Source: Jatrophihabitantaceae bacterium
GTDB taxonomy: Bacteria > Actinomycetota > Actinomycetes > Mycobacteriales > Jatrophihabitantaceae
Direction of reading: 5' to 3'
Length of the DNA stretch: 64,000 nt
Assembly (NCBI GenBank): GCA_050742975.1
Contig: JBOGDQ010000070.1
Coordinates: 19,889-83,888 of the forward strand
Shown here: positions 1 to 9,404 of the stretch, in pieces
How the letters are laid out: every line of letters starts with the position of its first letter
Numbering within the stretch: the first letter of the stretch is position 1
Program-made: the position numbers and the translations under genes
Notes under the pieces: generated by a model
The model's input: the letters and a program-made list of their open reading frames with translations, nothing else
Databases searched by the model: none
Told to the model about the DNA's origin: nothing

Positions 1-1
1 T

Positions 2-199
2 CTGGACTCTCAGGTCATCCGTCCCGACGGCTCAACCTTCGACGGGCTGTACGCCGCCGGCGAGGTCGCCGGCTTCGGTGGTGGTGGGGTGCACGGCTAC
101 AACGCGCTGGAGGGGACGTTCCTCGGCGGCTGCATCTTCTCCGGACGGGCTGCCGGGCGCGCCCTGGCCCGCAGCCTCGGCCGTCCGCGATCGTCCTGA
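2..199 (+). CDS. FAD-binding dehydrogenase, C-terminal fragment (5' end outside window)
   Basis: Frame-2 translation ...DGLYAAGEVAGFGGGGVHGYNALEGTFLGGCIFSGRAAGRALA... ends at TGA 197-199. This C-terminal pattern is typical of FAD-dependent dehydrogenases. Confidence 0.7.
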   Translation: MDSQVIRPDGSTFDGLYAAGEVAGFGGGGVHGYNALEGTFLGGCIFSGRAAGRALARSLGRPRSS

Positions 200-203
200 C
201 GAG

Positions 204-599
204 CTAGCGCGATTCTCGCGGCACGCTCAGCCGCGGCACGCCGCCGAGGCCGAGGTTGTAACGGACATTCTCGGAGTACTCGGCCAGCTTGTCCCACAGC
301 GCGGCGTGCGCGGGCCACGGGATCGGTTCGTCGCCGTTGAGCCAGCTGTCGCCGAAGGTGATCCACACCAAGGTCCAGTCGGCGGCGAGCGCCCACCTGC
401 CGTTGCTCCAGTCGATCAGTGAGCGGCGGATCTGGAATGCGAGCCGCGGGGCGTCCGGGAAGTTCGGGGCGGTGTGCACGGTCCAGACCCGGAAGTCGTG
501 CGACATCAGCTCGAGTTCGAGATCGGTGAGCACGGCGGGGTGCACCAGCACCGTCGCCACGTTCTCGAATCCGGACTCACGCATCACTCGATTGTCCAC
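204..599 (-). CDS. hypothetical protein (131 aa)
   Basis: ORF with balanced, non Arg/Pro-biased composition (W, F, N, E present). It fills the gap before the GGDEF-EAL gene. No motif recognised. Confidence 0.5.
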   Translation of the reverse strand: MDNRVMRESGFENVATVLVHPAVLTDLELELMSHDFRVWTVHTAPNFPDAPRLAFQIRRSLIDWSNGRWALAADWTLVWITFGDSWLNGDEPIPWPAHAALWDKLAEYSENVRYNLGLGGVPRLSVPRESR

Positions 600-696
600 C
601 CGCCCTCCGACTACGCCGGTGGCGTGGGCTCAGTTGCGGCAAAACGGCCAGGTCACTCAAGAATGTCTCGCTTCAGCCGATCTTGCTACGAAGTTC

Positions 697-3042
697 ATGA
701 GGGATCCGGAGGGTCTGGTGATAGCCGAGTGGCCGCGGTTGGTGCGATTCGCGTCGCGCTGGCCGCGTCGCGTACGCCGGATCGTCGCTGTCGCGCTCGT
801 CATCAACGTCGCGCTCGGAATGGCGTTCAGCATCATCGGCCTGCGCCGTCAGGGCGACGCGCGCTCCGGTGTGCAGGTGCAGCTCACCCAGCGGGTAGCG
901 GCCGCGAACGACATCCGCGCCGACGTCTGGCGCTCCGTCGCGCGAGGCTCGGTGTCACCGCTGCTCGCTCGGGCCGACCTCACCACGGTCGCGAGCTGGA
1001 CCGCCGGGACGCAGCACGCCGGCAGCGCGGCTGGCCACGACACGGGCGCGGCATTCGCGGCATCAGTGCAGTCGGTGCGCACCGCACTGGCCGCCGGTGA
1101 CCTTGCCCGTGCGCGCGCCGACGCGCTCGTGATCGACGCCGATCTCGTCACGCTGCGGCAAGCCTTGACCTCGGCGTCGGCAGCGCACCTGCGCTCCTCC
1201 GAGCGGGCCGGCACGACCGCCGACATCGAGACGATCGTGCTCATGCTCTTCGCGGCGCTGATGGGGCTGGTTCTCTTCCAGCGCACGGCTGCCGCCCGCA
1301 TCAACGGCGACCTGCGTGCCGCGCGGGAGCGGGCCCGGGCCGAGGCCAGGTTCGGCTCGCTGGTCCGGCACTCCTCGGACCTGATCTCGATCGTCGACAT
1401 CGACTTCACCATTGCCTACCAGACGCCGTCCCTGGAGTCCGTGCTCGGCTACGCGGCGGGGGAACTGGTCGGCACCAGGCTGCTCGAGCTCGTCCACCCG
1501 GCCGATGCCCTCCACCTGGTCGCGGCGCACGACGCGCTGCTCGACGGCGCGGATCCGCTGCCGACAACCGTGCGGGTGCAGGCGGCAGACGGCACCTGGC
1601 GCCACATCGAGAACGTGCACAACGACATGCGCGATGACGAGACGGTGGCCGGCATCGTGGTCACGTCGCGGGACGTCAGCGAGCGGGTCGCGCTGGAGGA
1701 GCAGTTGCGGCACAGCGCGTTGCACGACGACCTGACCGGATTGGCCAACCGCGTCCTGTTCGCGGACCGCGTCGAGCACGCGATGAGCCGGCGCGTGGGT
1801 GTCACGACCACGCCTGCGGTCATCTTCCTCGACCTCGACGACTTCAAGGCCGTCAACGACGCGCTCGGCCATCGTGTCGGCGACGAGCTGCTGGTCGTCG
1901 TGGCCCAGCGACTGAGTGCGGGCGTCCGGGACAGCGACACCGTCGCCCGGCTGGGCGGCGACGAGTTCGCGGTGCTGGTCGAGGACCTGGACGCCGCGTC
2001 CTGTGCACGCATGCTGCAGCGGGTGCAGGAGTCGTTGCGCCGTCCGGTGGAACTCGACGGTCGCGAGCTGACCGTTCGGGCGAGCCTCGGCATCGCCCGC
2101 GCCGTCACCGCCACGGACGCGGGCAGCCTGCTGGCCAATGCCGACCTCGCGATGTATGCGGCGAAGGCGGCCGGAAAGGACACCTTGCTCGAGTTCACCG
2201 CGGACCTGGGCGAGGACGCCCTGCGGCGCCTGCAGATCAAGACCGAGCTGCAGCAGGCGCTGCGCGTCGGGGAGATCCGCACGTACTTCCAGCCGACGGT
2301 CACCCTCGCGACCGGTGAGCTCAGCGGGTTCGAGGCACTGGTCCGGTGGGAGCATCCGCGCCGCGGGACCGTCGCGCCGCTGGAGTTCATCCCGCTCGCC
2401 GAGCAGACGGGGCAGATCGTCCAGATCGGCCGGCACGTCTTGCGCGATGCGTGCCAGTCACTCGCCGGATGGCACCGGGCGCACCCGCAGTACGCGCACC
2501 TGACGGTCGCGGTGAACCTGTCCGCCCGCGAGCTGCAGGAGCCCGACCTGGTGCAGGCCGTCACGGCGGAACTGAGCCGGTCCGGTCTCGCGCCGGACAA
2601 GCTGACGCTCGAGGTCACCGAGAGCCTGTTCATGACCGACACGGTGCAGGCGAAGCGTCAACTGGCCGCGCTGCGCAGCATCGGCGTCCTCGTTGCGATC
2701 GACGACTTCGGCACCGGGTACTCGTCGCTGAGCTACCTCGAAGAGCTGCCGGCCGACATCGTCAAGATCGACAAGTCGTTCGTGGACCGGCTCACCACCG
2801 GCCAGCCGAACGTGCTCGTCGAGACGATCACCCAGCTCGGCGCAGCGCTCGGGCTGCGTACGGTCGCAGAGGGGATCGAGCACAACTCGCAGGCCGAGAT
2901 CCTGCGCGAGCTGGGCTGCGACCTCGGCCAGGGTTACCTCTACTCGCGTCCGGTGCCCCCCCACGAGATCGACGCACTGCTCGGCATCCGACGTCCGATG
3001 GCGCGACGACGCGTCCCCACCGGCGCCGTCCGCGTCGCCTGA
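697..3042 (+). CDS. membrane-anchored PAS-GGDEF-EAL protein (c-di-GMP turnover)
   Basis: RLGGDEFAVLV (GGDEF) and EALVRWEHP...DDFGTGYSSL...KIDKSFV (EAL) motifs, with hydrophobic N-terminal segments. Start taken at ATG 697 because the longer ORF (289) overlaps the antisense gene 204..599. Confidence 0.88.
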   Translation: MRDPEGLVIAEWPRLVRFASRWPRRVRRIVAVALVINVALGMAFSIIGLRRQGDARSGVQVQLTQRVAAANDIRADVWRSVARGSVSPLLARADLTTVASWTAGTQHAGSAAGHDTGAAFAASVQSVRTALAAGDLARARADALVIDADLVTLRQALTSASAAHLRSSERAGTTADIETIVLMLFAALMGLVLFQRTAAARINGDLRAARERARAEARFGSLVRHSSDLISIVDIDFTIAYQTPSLESVLGYAAGELVGTRLLELVHPADALHLVAAHDALLDGADPLPTTVRVQAADGTWRHIENVHNDMRDDETVAGIVVTSRDVSERVALEEQLRHSALHDDLTGLANRVLFADRVEHAMSRRVGVTTTPAVIFLDLDDFKAVNDALGHRVGDELLVVVAQRLSAGVRDSDTVARLGGDEFAVLVEDLDAASCARMLQRVQESLRRPVELDGRELTVRASLGIARAVTATDAGSLLANADLAMYAAKAAGKDTLLEFTADLGEDALRRLQIKTELQQALRVGEIRTYFQPTVTLATGELSGFEALVRWEHPRRGTVAPLEFIPLAEQTGQIVQIGRHVLRDACQSLAGWHRAHPQYAHLTVAVNLSARELQEPDLVQAVTAELSRSGLAPDKLTLEVTESLFMTDTVQAKRQLAALRSIGVLVAIDDFGTGYSSLSYLEELPADIVKIDKSFVDRLTTGQPNVLVETITQLGAALGLRTVAEGIEHNSQAEILRELGCDLGQGYLYSRPVPPHEIDALLGIRRPMARRRVPTGAVRVA

Positions 3043-3069
3043 CGACCCACGATCACAAGGAGATCACCC

Positions 3070-3504
3070 ATGTACCGGTTCAGTCGCTCGCCGGCGAGCA
3101 TCTTCGCCGTCGTCTTCGGCATCGCCTACCTCGCCACGGGCATCGCGGGATTCGCGGTCACCGGGTTCAGCGGCTTCGCGAGCATGGACGGCCCCCGCTT
3201 GCTGGGCCTGTTCATGGTGAACCCGCTGCATAACCTCGTGCACATCGCGATCGCCGCGGTGTGGCTCGTGACCGCTCCGTGGCACCAGGCCGCGCGCATC
3301 GCGAACCTGGCCATCGGCACCACTCTCGGGCTGGTGACCGTGCTGGGGTTCGCGCACGTGCTGACCTTCCTCAGCATTCACAGCCTCGGCGATCCGGACA
3401 ATTTCCTGCACCTCATGTCGGCCACGCTCGCGCTGTACTTCGGCTCCATCGGCGCCGAGCGGCTCGCCACCGATCCGGTCGCGCACGCGGATCTCGGCGT
3501 CTGA
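3070..3504 (+). CDS. DUF4383-like small membrane protein
   Basis: 144 aa with four hydrophobic segments. The NPLHNLVHIAIA motif is typical of DUF4383. Confidence 0.75.
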   Translation: MYRFSRSPASIFAVVFGIAYLATGIAGFAVTGFSGFASMDGPRLLGLFMVNPLHNLVHIAIAAVWLVTAPWHQAARIANLAIGTTLGLVTVLGFAHVLTFLSIHSLGDPDNFLHLMSATLALYFGSIGAERLATDPVAHADLGV

Positions 3505-3764
3505 ACCGGCCGACGCCGGCTGCGCATTCATTACCGCGAGGTCGTGGCCATGACCCACGGACTCGGGCTCGCGTGTAGTGCCTTCGGGCAACGTGGGTCG
3601 TCCTGAGTTGTATTACGCCCGTAAGACAGTTCGCACATTGCATCCTCTCGTCCCCGCCGGATTCCGGTCGCAGTGAGAGTTCCCTGCTTCGTCCCGGCCA
3701 GCCTCGTGGTCGATCTGGGTCGCCGTTCGACGTCGACGACGAAATTGGCCCACCCTTGCCATAT

Positions 3765-3780
3765 GCGAACATTTGTTCGA
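3765..3780. promoter_or_regulatory. LexA SOS box (GCGAAC-ATTT-GTTCGA)
   Basis: Matches the actinobacterial TCGAAC-N4-GTTCGA consensus at 15/16 positions. It lies directly in front of the imuA'-imuB-dnaE2 cassette. Confidence 0.8.
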
Positions 3781-4105
3781 CTATGGTCGTGTGCTTGATG
3801 TTGTCATCCGCCGAGTCGACGGCGTGCCCGTCCCGGTCCGCGCCGGGCCGCGGCTACTGCCGGTCCATCCCGCGCTGCTGGACGCGTTCGACGTGGTGGC
3901 GGTCCGGCCACCACGGCAACTGACCGCGGCGGCCATGCACCAGCTAGCGGCCCGAGTCCGGCTGCGCGAGGTGGTGCTCGTGCCCTACCTCGCTGGAGTG
4001 GCGGACTGGTCCGGGACCGACGTCCGGTTGACGGTGAGCGATGGGCGGTGGTTCGGCACCGAGGACGGGTACGGGCGGTTGCGACAGCGGCGGGGTGTGA
4101 TGTGA
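3773..4105 (+). CDS. imuA': ImuA'-like protein, short form (C-terminal-half homology only)
   Basis: Position upstream of imuB/dnaE2. The C-terminal pattern ...LAARVRLREVVLVPY...WSGTDVRLTVSDGRWFGTEDGYGRLRQR resembles ImuA' C-termini. The stop overlaps the imuB GTG (GTGA). Start uncertain (TTG 3773 lies inside the SOS box; GTG 3791 is an alternative). Confidence 0.6.
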   Translation: MFDYGRVLDVVIRRVDGVPVPVRAGPRLLPVHPALLDAFDVVAVRPPRQLTAAAMHQLAARVRLREVVLVPYLAGVADWSGTDVRLTVSDGRWFGTEDGYGRLRQRRGVM

Positions 4106-5613
4106 CCGCACCTCGCATGATCGCGGTGTGGTGTCCGGACTGGCCGGTGACCGCCGCCGGCGCGGACCCTGCGGAGCCGGTCGCGGTGTTCGTCGCCAAC
4201 CGGGTAGTGGCCTGCTCGCATCCGGCACGGGCCGAGGGAGTGCGCCGCGGTCAGCGGCGCCGGGAGGCGCAGGCTCGCTGCCCGCAGCTGCGGGTCCTGG
4301 CCCGGGACGAGGCGGCCGAAGCGCGCGCGTTCGAGCCGGTCGTGGTCGCCCTGGAGTCGATCGCTCCCGGGGTCGAAATCGTCCGGCCGGGGCTCGCGCT
4401 GATCGGCGCCCGCGGGCCGACGCGGTACTTCGGCAGCGAGGACGGCGTCCTAGTCGCGTTGTCCCGTGCGATCGCCGCCTGGGCGTCCGATGTGCAGCTC
4501 GGGGTGGCCGACGGCGCGTTCGCCGCCGAGCAGGCGGCGCGGCAGGGCGTGGTCGTGGCGGCGGGCGGGTCGCCGGAGTTCCTCGCCGGCCTGCCGATCG
4601 CCGCGCTCGGCCGGCCGGTGCTGGCCGACCTGTTGCGCCGGCTCGGCATCGGCACGCTCGGCGACTTCGCCGCGTTGCCCGCGCGGGACGTGCTGGCCCG
4701 GTTCGGCCCGGACGGTTCCCGGGCACACCGGCACGCGGCCGCGCGCGAGGACAGGCCGGTCGCCGCCCGGCGACCACCGGCCGAGCTCGACGCCGTTCTC
4801 GACCTGGACGCGGCGATCGACCGGGTCGACACGATGGCGTTCACCGCGCGCGGCACGGTCGAACGGTTCATCGACACGCTCGCCGCGCACGGACTGGCGT
4901 GCAGCTGCTTCGAGTTGCAGCTGTGCACCGACCGCGGCGAACAGACCGTCCGCCGCTGGCGGCACACCGGCGTGCTCACCCCGGTCGACGTCGTCGACCG
5001 GTTGCGCTGGCAGCTCGAAGCGTGGCAGCCGGGCAGCGAGGTGACCCGGCTGCGGCTGATCCCGGTGGAGACGGTCCCGGTCGGCGCGCACCAGCAGGGA
5101 CTGTGGGGTGGCGCGGGCGACGGGGACGAGCGGGCGCGTCGCGCGCTGTCCAGGGTGCAGACGCTGCTCGGCCCGGGCTCGGTGCTGGTTCCGATCGTCC
5201 AGGGCGGACGCACGCCAGCCGAGCGCACCCGCTACGTCCCGTGGGGGGACGACCCGGCGCCTCGCCGGTCACCGGTCGAGCCCTGGCCCGGACGGCTGCC
5301 CGCACCGGCGCCGTCGGTGCTGCTCGACCCGCCCCGTCCGGTCCAGGTGCTGGACGCGGCCGGAATCCCGGTCCGGGTCACCGACACCGGAGCGGTTCCC
5401 GCCGCACCGACCCGGCTGGTGGACGGCGCGCAGCGGCCCGTGCCGATCACGTCCTGGGCCGGGCCGTGGCCGCTCGACGAACGGTGGTGGGACGCCGCCG
5501 CCACGACCCGGGTCGCGCTGCTCCAACTCGTCGACGTCCGGGGCCGGGCCTACCTCGCGAGCTACCGACTCGACGGAGGTGGCCGGTGGACCCTCGACGC
5601 GGTGTACGACTGA
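4102..5613 (+). CDS. imuB: ImuB, Y-family polymerase-like mutasome subunit
   Basis: N-terminus (V)TAPRMIAVWCPDWPVTAAG is typical of ImuB, and the gene lies between imuA' and dnaE2. GTG 4102 overlaps the imuA' stop. Confidence 0.88.
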   Translation: MTAPRMIAVWCPDWPVTAAGADPAEPVAVFVANRVVACSHPARAEGVRRGQRRREAQARCPQLRVLARDEAAEARAFEPVVVALESIAPGVEIVRPGLALIGARGPTRYFGSEDGVLVALSRAIAAWASDVQLGVADGAFAAEQAARQGVVVAAGGSPEFLAGLPIAALGRPVLADLLRRLGIGTLGDFAALPARDVLARFGPDGSRAHRHAAAREDRPVAARRPPAELDAVLDLDAAIDRVDTMAFTARGTVERFIDTLAAHGLACSCFELQLCTDRGEQTVRRWRHTGVLTPVDVVDRLRWQLEAWQPGSEVTRLRLIPVETVPVGAHQQGLWGGAGDGDERARRALSRVQTLLGPGSVLVPIVQGGRTPAERTRYVPWGDDPAPRRSPVEPWPGRLPAPAPSVLLDPPRPVQVLDAAGIPVRVTDTGAVPAAPTRLVDGAQRPVPITSWAGPWPLDERWWDAAATTRVALLQLVDVRGRAYLASYRLDGGGRWTLDAVYD

Positions 5614-5639
5614 GTTCGCCGAGCCAGGCGTAGGTACCG

Positions 5640-8600
5640 ATGGGCTGGCACAACCCCGACGTCACGTGGCGGGAACTGGAGCGGCGGCTGTCCGGCCGGC
5701 CGATCGAGGACCGCGGCCCGGTCTCGCGCAAGCGGGTACCACCACCAGCTCCGTCTACCCGCCGCCGAGTCAAGGCGCCACGCTATGCCGAACTGCATGC
5801 CCACTCGTCGTTCAGCCACCTGGACGGCGCGTCCACCCCGGAGGAGCTGGCCGCGGCCGCCGCCGAACTCGGCCTGTCCGCACTAGCGATCACCGACCAC
5901 GACGGCATGTACGGCGCGCCCCGGTTCGCCGCCGCCGCGGCACAGCAACAACCGCCGCTGCCGACGATCTTCGGCGCCGAGCTCTCCTGCGATCTCCTCC
6001 CACCCGTCACCACAACCGGCCGACTTGTCGGCGCCCGGTCCGCGATGCCCGACCCACCCGGCCGGCACCTGCTCGTGCTCGCCCGCGACCCGACTGGGTA
6101 CGCGAGCCTGTGCCGGGGCATCAGCCGGGCTCAACTGCGTGGCGGCGCCAAGGGTCACCCGGTCTACGACTGGGACGAGTTCGCCGATCTCGCCGACGGT
6201 CACTGGCTGGTGCTGACCGGCTGTCGCAAGGGCCCGGTGCGCCAAGCCCTCGACGTCGGTCAATACGGCACGTTCGCCCTCGATCCCGCCCGCCGGGCGC
6301 TGGCCGAGCTGGTCGACCGGTTCGGCCGCGACAACGTCGCGGTGGAGTTGACCTACGCCCGCGAGCCGCTGGCCGACGAGCGCTACGACGTGCTGGCCCA
6401 GCTGGCCGGCGAAGCCGGCCTGCCGATCGTGGCGACAACCGGCGCGCACTACCACACCCCGGCCCGCCGCCGGCTGGCCACCGCGCTGGCCGCGGTACGA
6501 GCACGCTGCAGCCTGGACGAGCTGGACGGCTGGCTGCCGGCCTGGGCCGACGCCCGGCTGCGGTCAGGAGCCGAGCTGGCCGAGCGATTCGCCCGCTGGC
6601 CCGGCGCGGTCGAGCACGCCGCCCGGCTGGGCGACGAACTCGCCTTCGACCTGCGACTGGTCGCCCCCAACCTGCCGCCGTTCCCCGTCCCGGGGGGATT
6701 CGCCGACGAGATGGCCTACCTGCGCCACCTCACCTACGCCGGTGCCGCCGAGCGGTACGGCACGCCGCTCGACGAGAAGGTCCGTGCTCGGCTCGAACAC
6801 GAGCTGGCTGTCATCGCCGACCGCGACTTTCCCGGCTACTTCCTCGTCGTCTGGGACATCACGAAGTTCTGCCGGGACAACGGCATCCTCTGCCAAGGCC
6901 GCGGCTCGGCGGCCGGCTCGGCAGTCTGCTACGCGCTGGAGGTCACCGCAATCGACCCGGTCGGCTTCGACCTGCTCTTCGAGCGCTTTCTCGCTCCCGA
7001 CCGTACCGAAGCCCCGGACATCGACATTGACATCGAGTCCGGGCAACCGCGAGAGGATGTCATCCAGTACGTCTACCGCAAGCACGGCCGGGAGTACGCC
7101 GCGCAGGTGGCGAACGCGATCACCTACCGCCCCAAGATCGCCGTCCGGGACATCGCCCGCGCGCTGGGCTACTCGCCGGGACAGCAGGACGCGTGGAGCA
7201 AGCAGATCGAGCAGGGTTACTGGACCGATGATGCCGCGCCGAGCACCGGCTGCCCGGACGGCGACATCCCTCCGCTCGTTCGCGAACTGGCCACCGAGCT
7301 GACGGTCACCGGCCAGCCGCGACACCTCGGCATCCACTCCGGTGGCATGGTCATCTGCGACCGGCCGATCATCGACGTCTGCCCGGTCGAGTGGGCCCGG
7401 ATGCCGGACCGCAGCGTGCTGCAGTGGGACAAGGACGACTGCGAGTACGCCGGGCTGGTGAAGTTCGACCTGCTCGGTCTCGGCATGCTCAGCGCGCTGC
7501 GGCAGTGTTTCGAGCTGATCGAGTCCTGGCACGGCGAGCACTACGAACTCGCCACGATCCCGAAGGAGCAGCCGTGTGTCTACGAGATCCTCGGCCGGGC
7601 AGACACCGTGGGGGTGTTCCAGGTCGAGTCCCGAGCCCAGATGCAGGCGCTGCCCCGGCTGCGCCCCAAGAAGTTCTACGAACTGGCGATTCAGGTCGCG
7701 ATGATCCGCCCCGGCCCCATCCAGGGTGGCGCGGTGCATCCGTACATCCGCCGTAAGAACAGCCAAGAAGACATCACCTACCCGCACCCACTGCTGAAAC
7801 CCGCGCTGGAGCGCACCCTCGGTGTGCCGCTGTTCCAGGAGCAGTTGATGGAGATCGCTGTCCACGGTGCCGGCTTCAGCCCGGCCGAGGCCGACCAACT
7901 GCGCCGGGCGATGGGCTCCAAGCGCGGCGTCGAACGCATCGACGCGATGGAGGCGCGGCTGTACGACGGCCTCGCCGACCATGGCATCACCGACGCGGTC
8001 GCCGGCGACATCGTCAACCGGGTCAAGGCCTTCGCCTCGTTCGGGTTCGCGGAGAGCCACGCACTGTCGTTCGCGCTACTCGTCTACGCCTCGGCCTGGC
8101 TGAAGCGGCACTACCCGGCCGCGTTCCTTGCCGCGTTGCTCAACTCCCAGCCGATGGGCTTCTACTCACCGCAGACGCTCGTGCACGACGCCAAGCGACA
8201 CGGCATCGAGGTGCATCGCCCCGACGTCAACCGCTCCGCCACGAGAGCGGCGCTGGAGACGGGCACCGGCTCGCGGCAGTGCGCCTGCGAGCACGGCAAC
8301 GTCATCCAACCTGCGGTACGTCTGGGGCTGTCCGGCGTGCGCACCGTCGACACCGAGGTCGCCGACCGGATCGTCGCCGAACGCGAGGCCCGCGGCCCGT
8401 TCACCTCGATCACCGACCTCGCCCGCCGCGCCGGGGTGTCCGGCGGACAGCTCGAGGCGCTGGCCACCGCAGGGGCGTTCGACGGCCTCGGCCTGCAGCG
8501 CCGGACCGCCCTGTGGATCGCAGGCGGCGCCGCCGACACCGGCCCCGACCAACTCGCCCTGTGTGCCGATCCGGACGTCCCGACGCTGACACCGATGACC

Positions 8601-9008
8601 GAACCCGAACAACTCATCGCCGACATGTGGGCCACGAGCATCACCCCTGACCGCTACCCCACCGCGCTCATCCGCGGCCGGCTCGACGCGCTCGGCGTCA
8701 CCGTCGCCGCGAGGCTGCGCGAGATCCCCGACCGCACCCGAGTCACCGTCGGCGGAGTGGTCACCCACCGACAGCGACCCTCCACCGCCGGCGGCGTCAC
8801 CTTCCTCAACTTGGAAGACGAAACCGGCATGGTCAACGTCATCTGCCCGTCCGCCGTGTGGGACCGGCACCGCCGAATTGCCCGCGACTCCGGCGGCCTG
8901 CTCATCCGTGGCCGGCTCGAACGCGCCGGCGACATCGCCAATGTCCTGGCCGAGCGGATCGCCAAGCTCCCGCTGGGCCTGCGCACCCGCTCCCGCGACT
9001 TCCGCTAG
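5640..9008 (+). CDS. dnaE2: error-prone DNA polymerase III alpha subunit DnaE2
   Basis: 1122 aa. PHP domain start YAELHAHSSFSHLDGAS and pol III alpha core motifs (GLVKFDLLGL, FQVESR), in imuB-dnaE2 synteny. Confidence 0.96.
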   Translation: MGWHNPDVTWRELERRLSGRPIEDRGPVSRKRVPPPAPSTRRRVKAPRYAELHAHSSFSHLDGASTPEELAAAAAELGLSALAITDHDGMYGAPRFAAAAAQQQPPLPTIFGAELSCDLLPPVTTTGRLVGARSAMPDPPGRHLLVLARDPTGYASLCRGISRAQLRGGAKGHPVYDWDEFADLADGHWLVLTGCRKGPVRQALDVGQYGTFALDPARRALAELVDRFGRDNVAVELTYAREPLADERYDVLAQLAGEAGLPIVATTGAHYHTPARRRLATALAAVRARCSLDELDGWLPAWADARLRSGAELAERFARWPGAVEHAARLGDELAFDLRLVAPNLPPFPVPGGFADEMAYLRHLTYAGAAERYGTPLDEKVRARLEHELAVIADRDFPGYFLVVWDITKFCRDNGILCQGRGSAAGSAVCYALEVTAIDPVGFDLLFERFLAPDRTEAPDIDIDIESGQPREDVIQYVYRKHGREYAAQVANAITYRPKIAVRDIARALGYSPGQQDAWSKQIEQGYWTDDAAPSTGCPDGDIPPLVRELATELTVTGQPRHLGIHSGGMVICDRPIIDVCPVEWARMPDRSVLQWDKDDCEYAGLVKFDLLGLGMLSALRQCFELIESWHGEHYELATIPKEQPCVYEILGRADTVGVFQVESRAQMQALPRLRPKKFYELAIQVAMIRPGPIQGGAVHPYIRRKNSQEDITYPHPLLKPALERTLGVPLFQEQLMEIAVHGAGFSPAEADQLRRAMGSKRGVERIDAMEARLYDGLADHGITDAVAGDIVNRVKAFASFGFAESHALSFALLVYASAWLKRHYPAAFLAALLNSQPMGFYSPQTLVHDAKRHGIEVHRPDVNRSATRAALETGTGSRQCACEHGNVIQPAVRLGLSGVRTVDTEVADRIVAEREARGPFTSITDLARRAGVSGGQLEALATAGAFDGLGLQRRTALWIAGGAADTGPDQLALCADPDVPTLTPMTEPEQLIADMWATSITPDRYPTALIRGRLDALGVTVAARLREIPDRTRVTVGGVVTHRQRPSTAGGVTFLNLEDETGMVNVICPSAVWDRHRRIARDSGGLLIRGRLERAGDIANVLAERIAKLPLGLRTRSRDFR

Positions 9009-9037
9009 ACCTCGATCCGTGGAGGGCAACCGATTCG

Positions 9038-9084
9038 CGTGGGCCCCGTGGGGCTCGAACCCACAACCTACGGATCAAAAGTCC
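9038..9084 (-). repeat. distal att-type repeat: displaced 3' portion of tRNA-Lys (partial, non-functional)
   Basis: Identical to 14287-14333 except 9076 C versus 14325 T. It lacks the 5' half of the tRNA. Confidence 0.88.
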
Positions 9085-9186
9085 TCGGGTCGGCCAGCAT
9101 CACCGCGCGCCAGACAGCCCAAACCCCTGTATTCATGGGACTCCCTCTGACTAGCGCATAGGTGCGTGTCGGTCGCTGTCGCTACC

Positions 9187-9208
9187 GAATGGGTGCCAAA
9201 TGGGTGCC
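9187..9208 (+). repeat. tandem (G/A)AATGGGTGCC 11-mers at the island edge
   Basis: GAATGGGTGCC followed by AAATGGGTGCC. The same motif recurs twice at 14183-14216, near the other island end. Confidence 0.7.
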
Positions 9209-9404
9209 GCGCTGGCGGCACTTCTGGTGTAGGAGCTGCACGGCACGGCTGACGCCTGCCGGGTCTCCGACGATCGAGGGGCCGCAGCTAGGCGGTCGCC
9301 CCATCCCAACGCGGGCGCTCGGCAACACCGACCATGCCGTCGGCATTACGCCGAAGGCGATCTCCATCTTGGTACCCCAGACTTTCCTCCTGGTCCGCGA
9401 ATCC

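Noticed and set aside
289-696. Upstream extension of the GGDEF-EAL ORF
   Set aside because: It overlaps the better-composed antisense ORF 204..599 and lacks membrane or sensor features. ATG 697 precedes the first hydrophobic segment.
3727-3736. TCGACGTCGA palindrome as a second LexA box upstream of imuA'
   Set aside because: It lacks the GAAC-N4-GTTC arrangement and only shares a GTTCGA/TCGA fragment. It is probably fortuitous.
4128-5633. 501-aa alternate-frame ORF across imuB
   Set aside because: Arg/Gly/Pro-dominated translation. imuB in the other frame has the conserved N-terminal motif and is coupled to imuA'.
5108-7030. 640-aa plus-strand ORF overlapping the imuB end and dnaE2
   Set aside because: It is an alternate frame of dnaE2 with extreme Arg/Pro content. 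dnaE2 in the other frame carries the PHP and pol III alpha motifs.
9085-9404. Possible integrase remnant at the distal island edge (ORFs 9162..9554 plus strand, 9182..9538 minus strand)
   Set aside because: I translated all frames by eye and saw none of the tyrosine recombinase motifs (R..H-x-x-R..Y). Composition is artefact-like. The region is left as non-coding with repeats, and BLASTX would be decisive.
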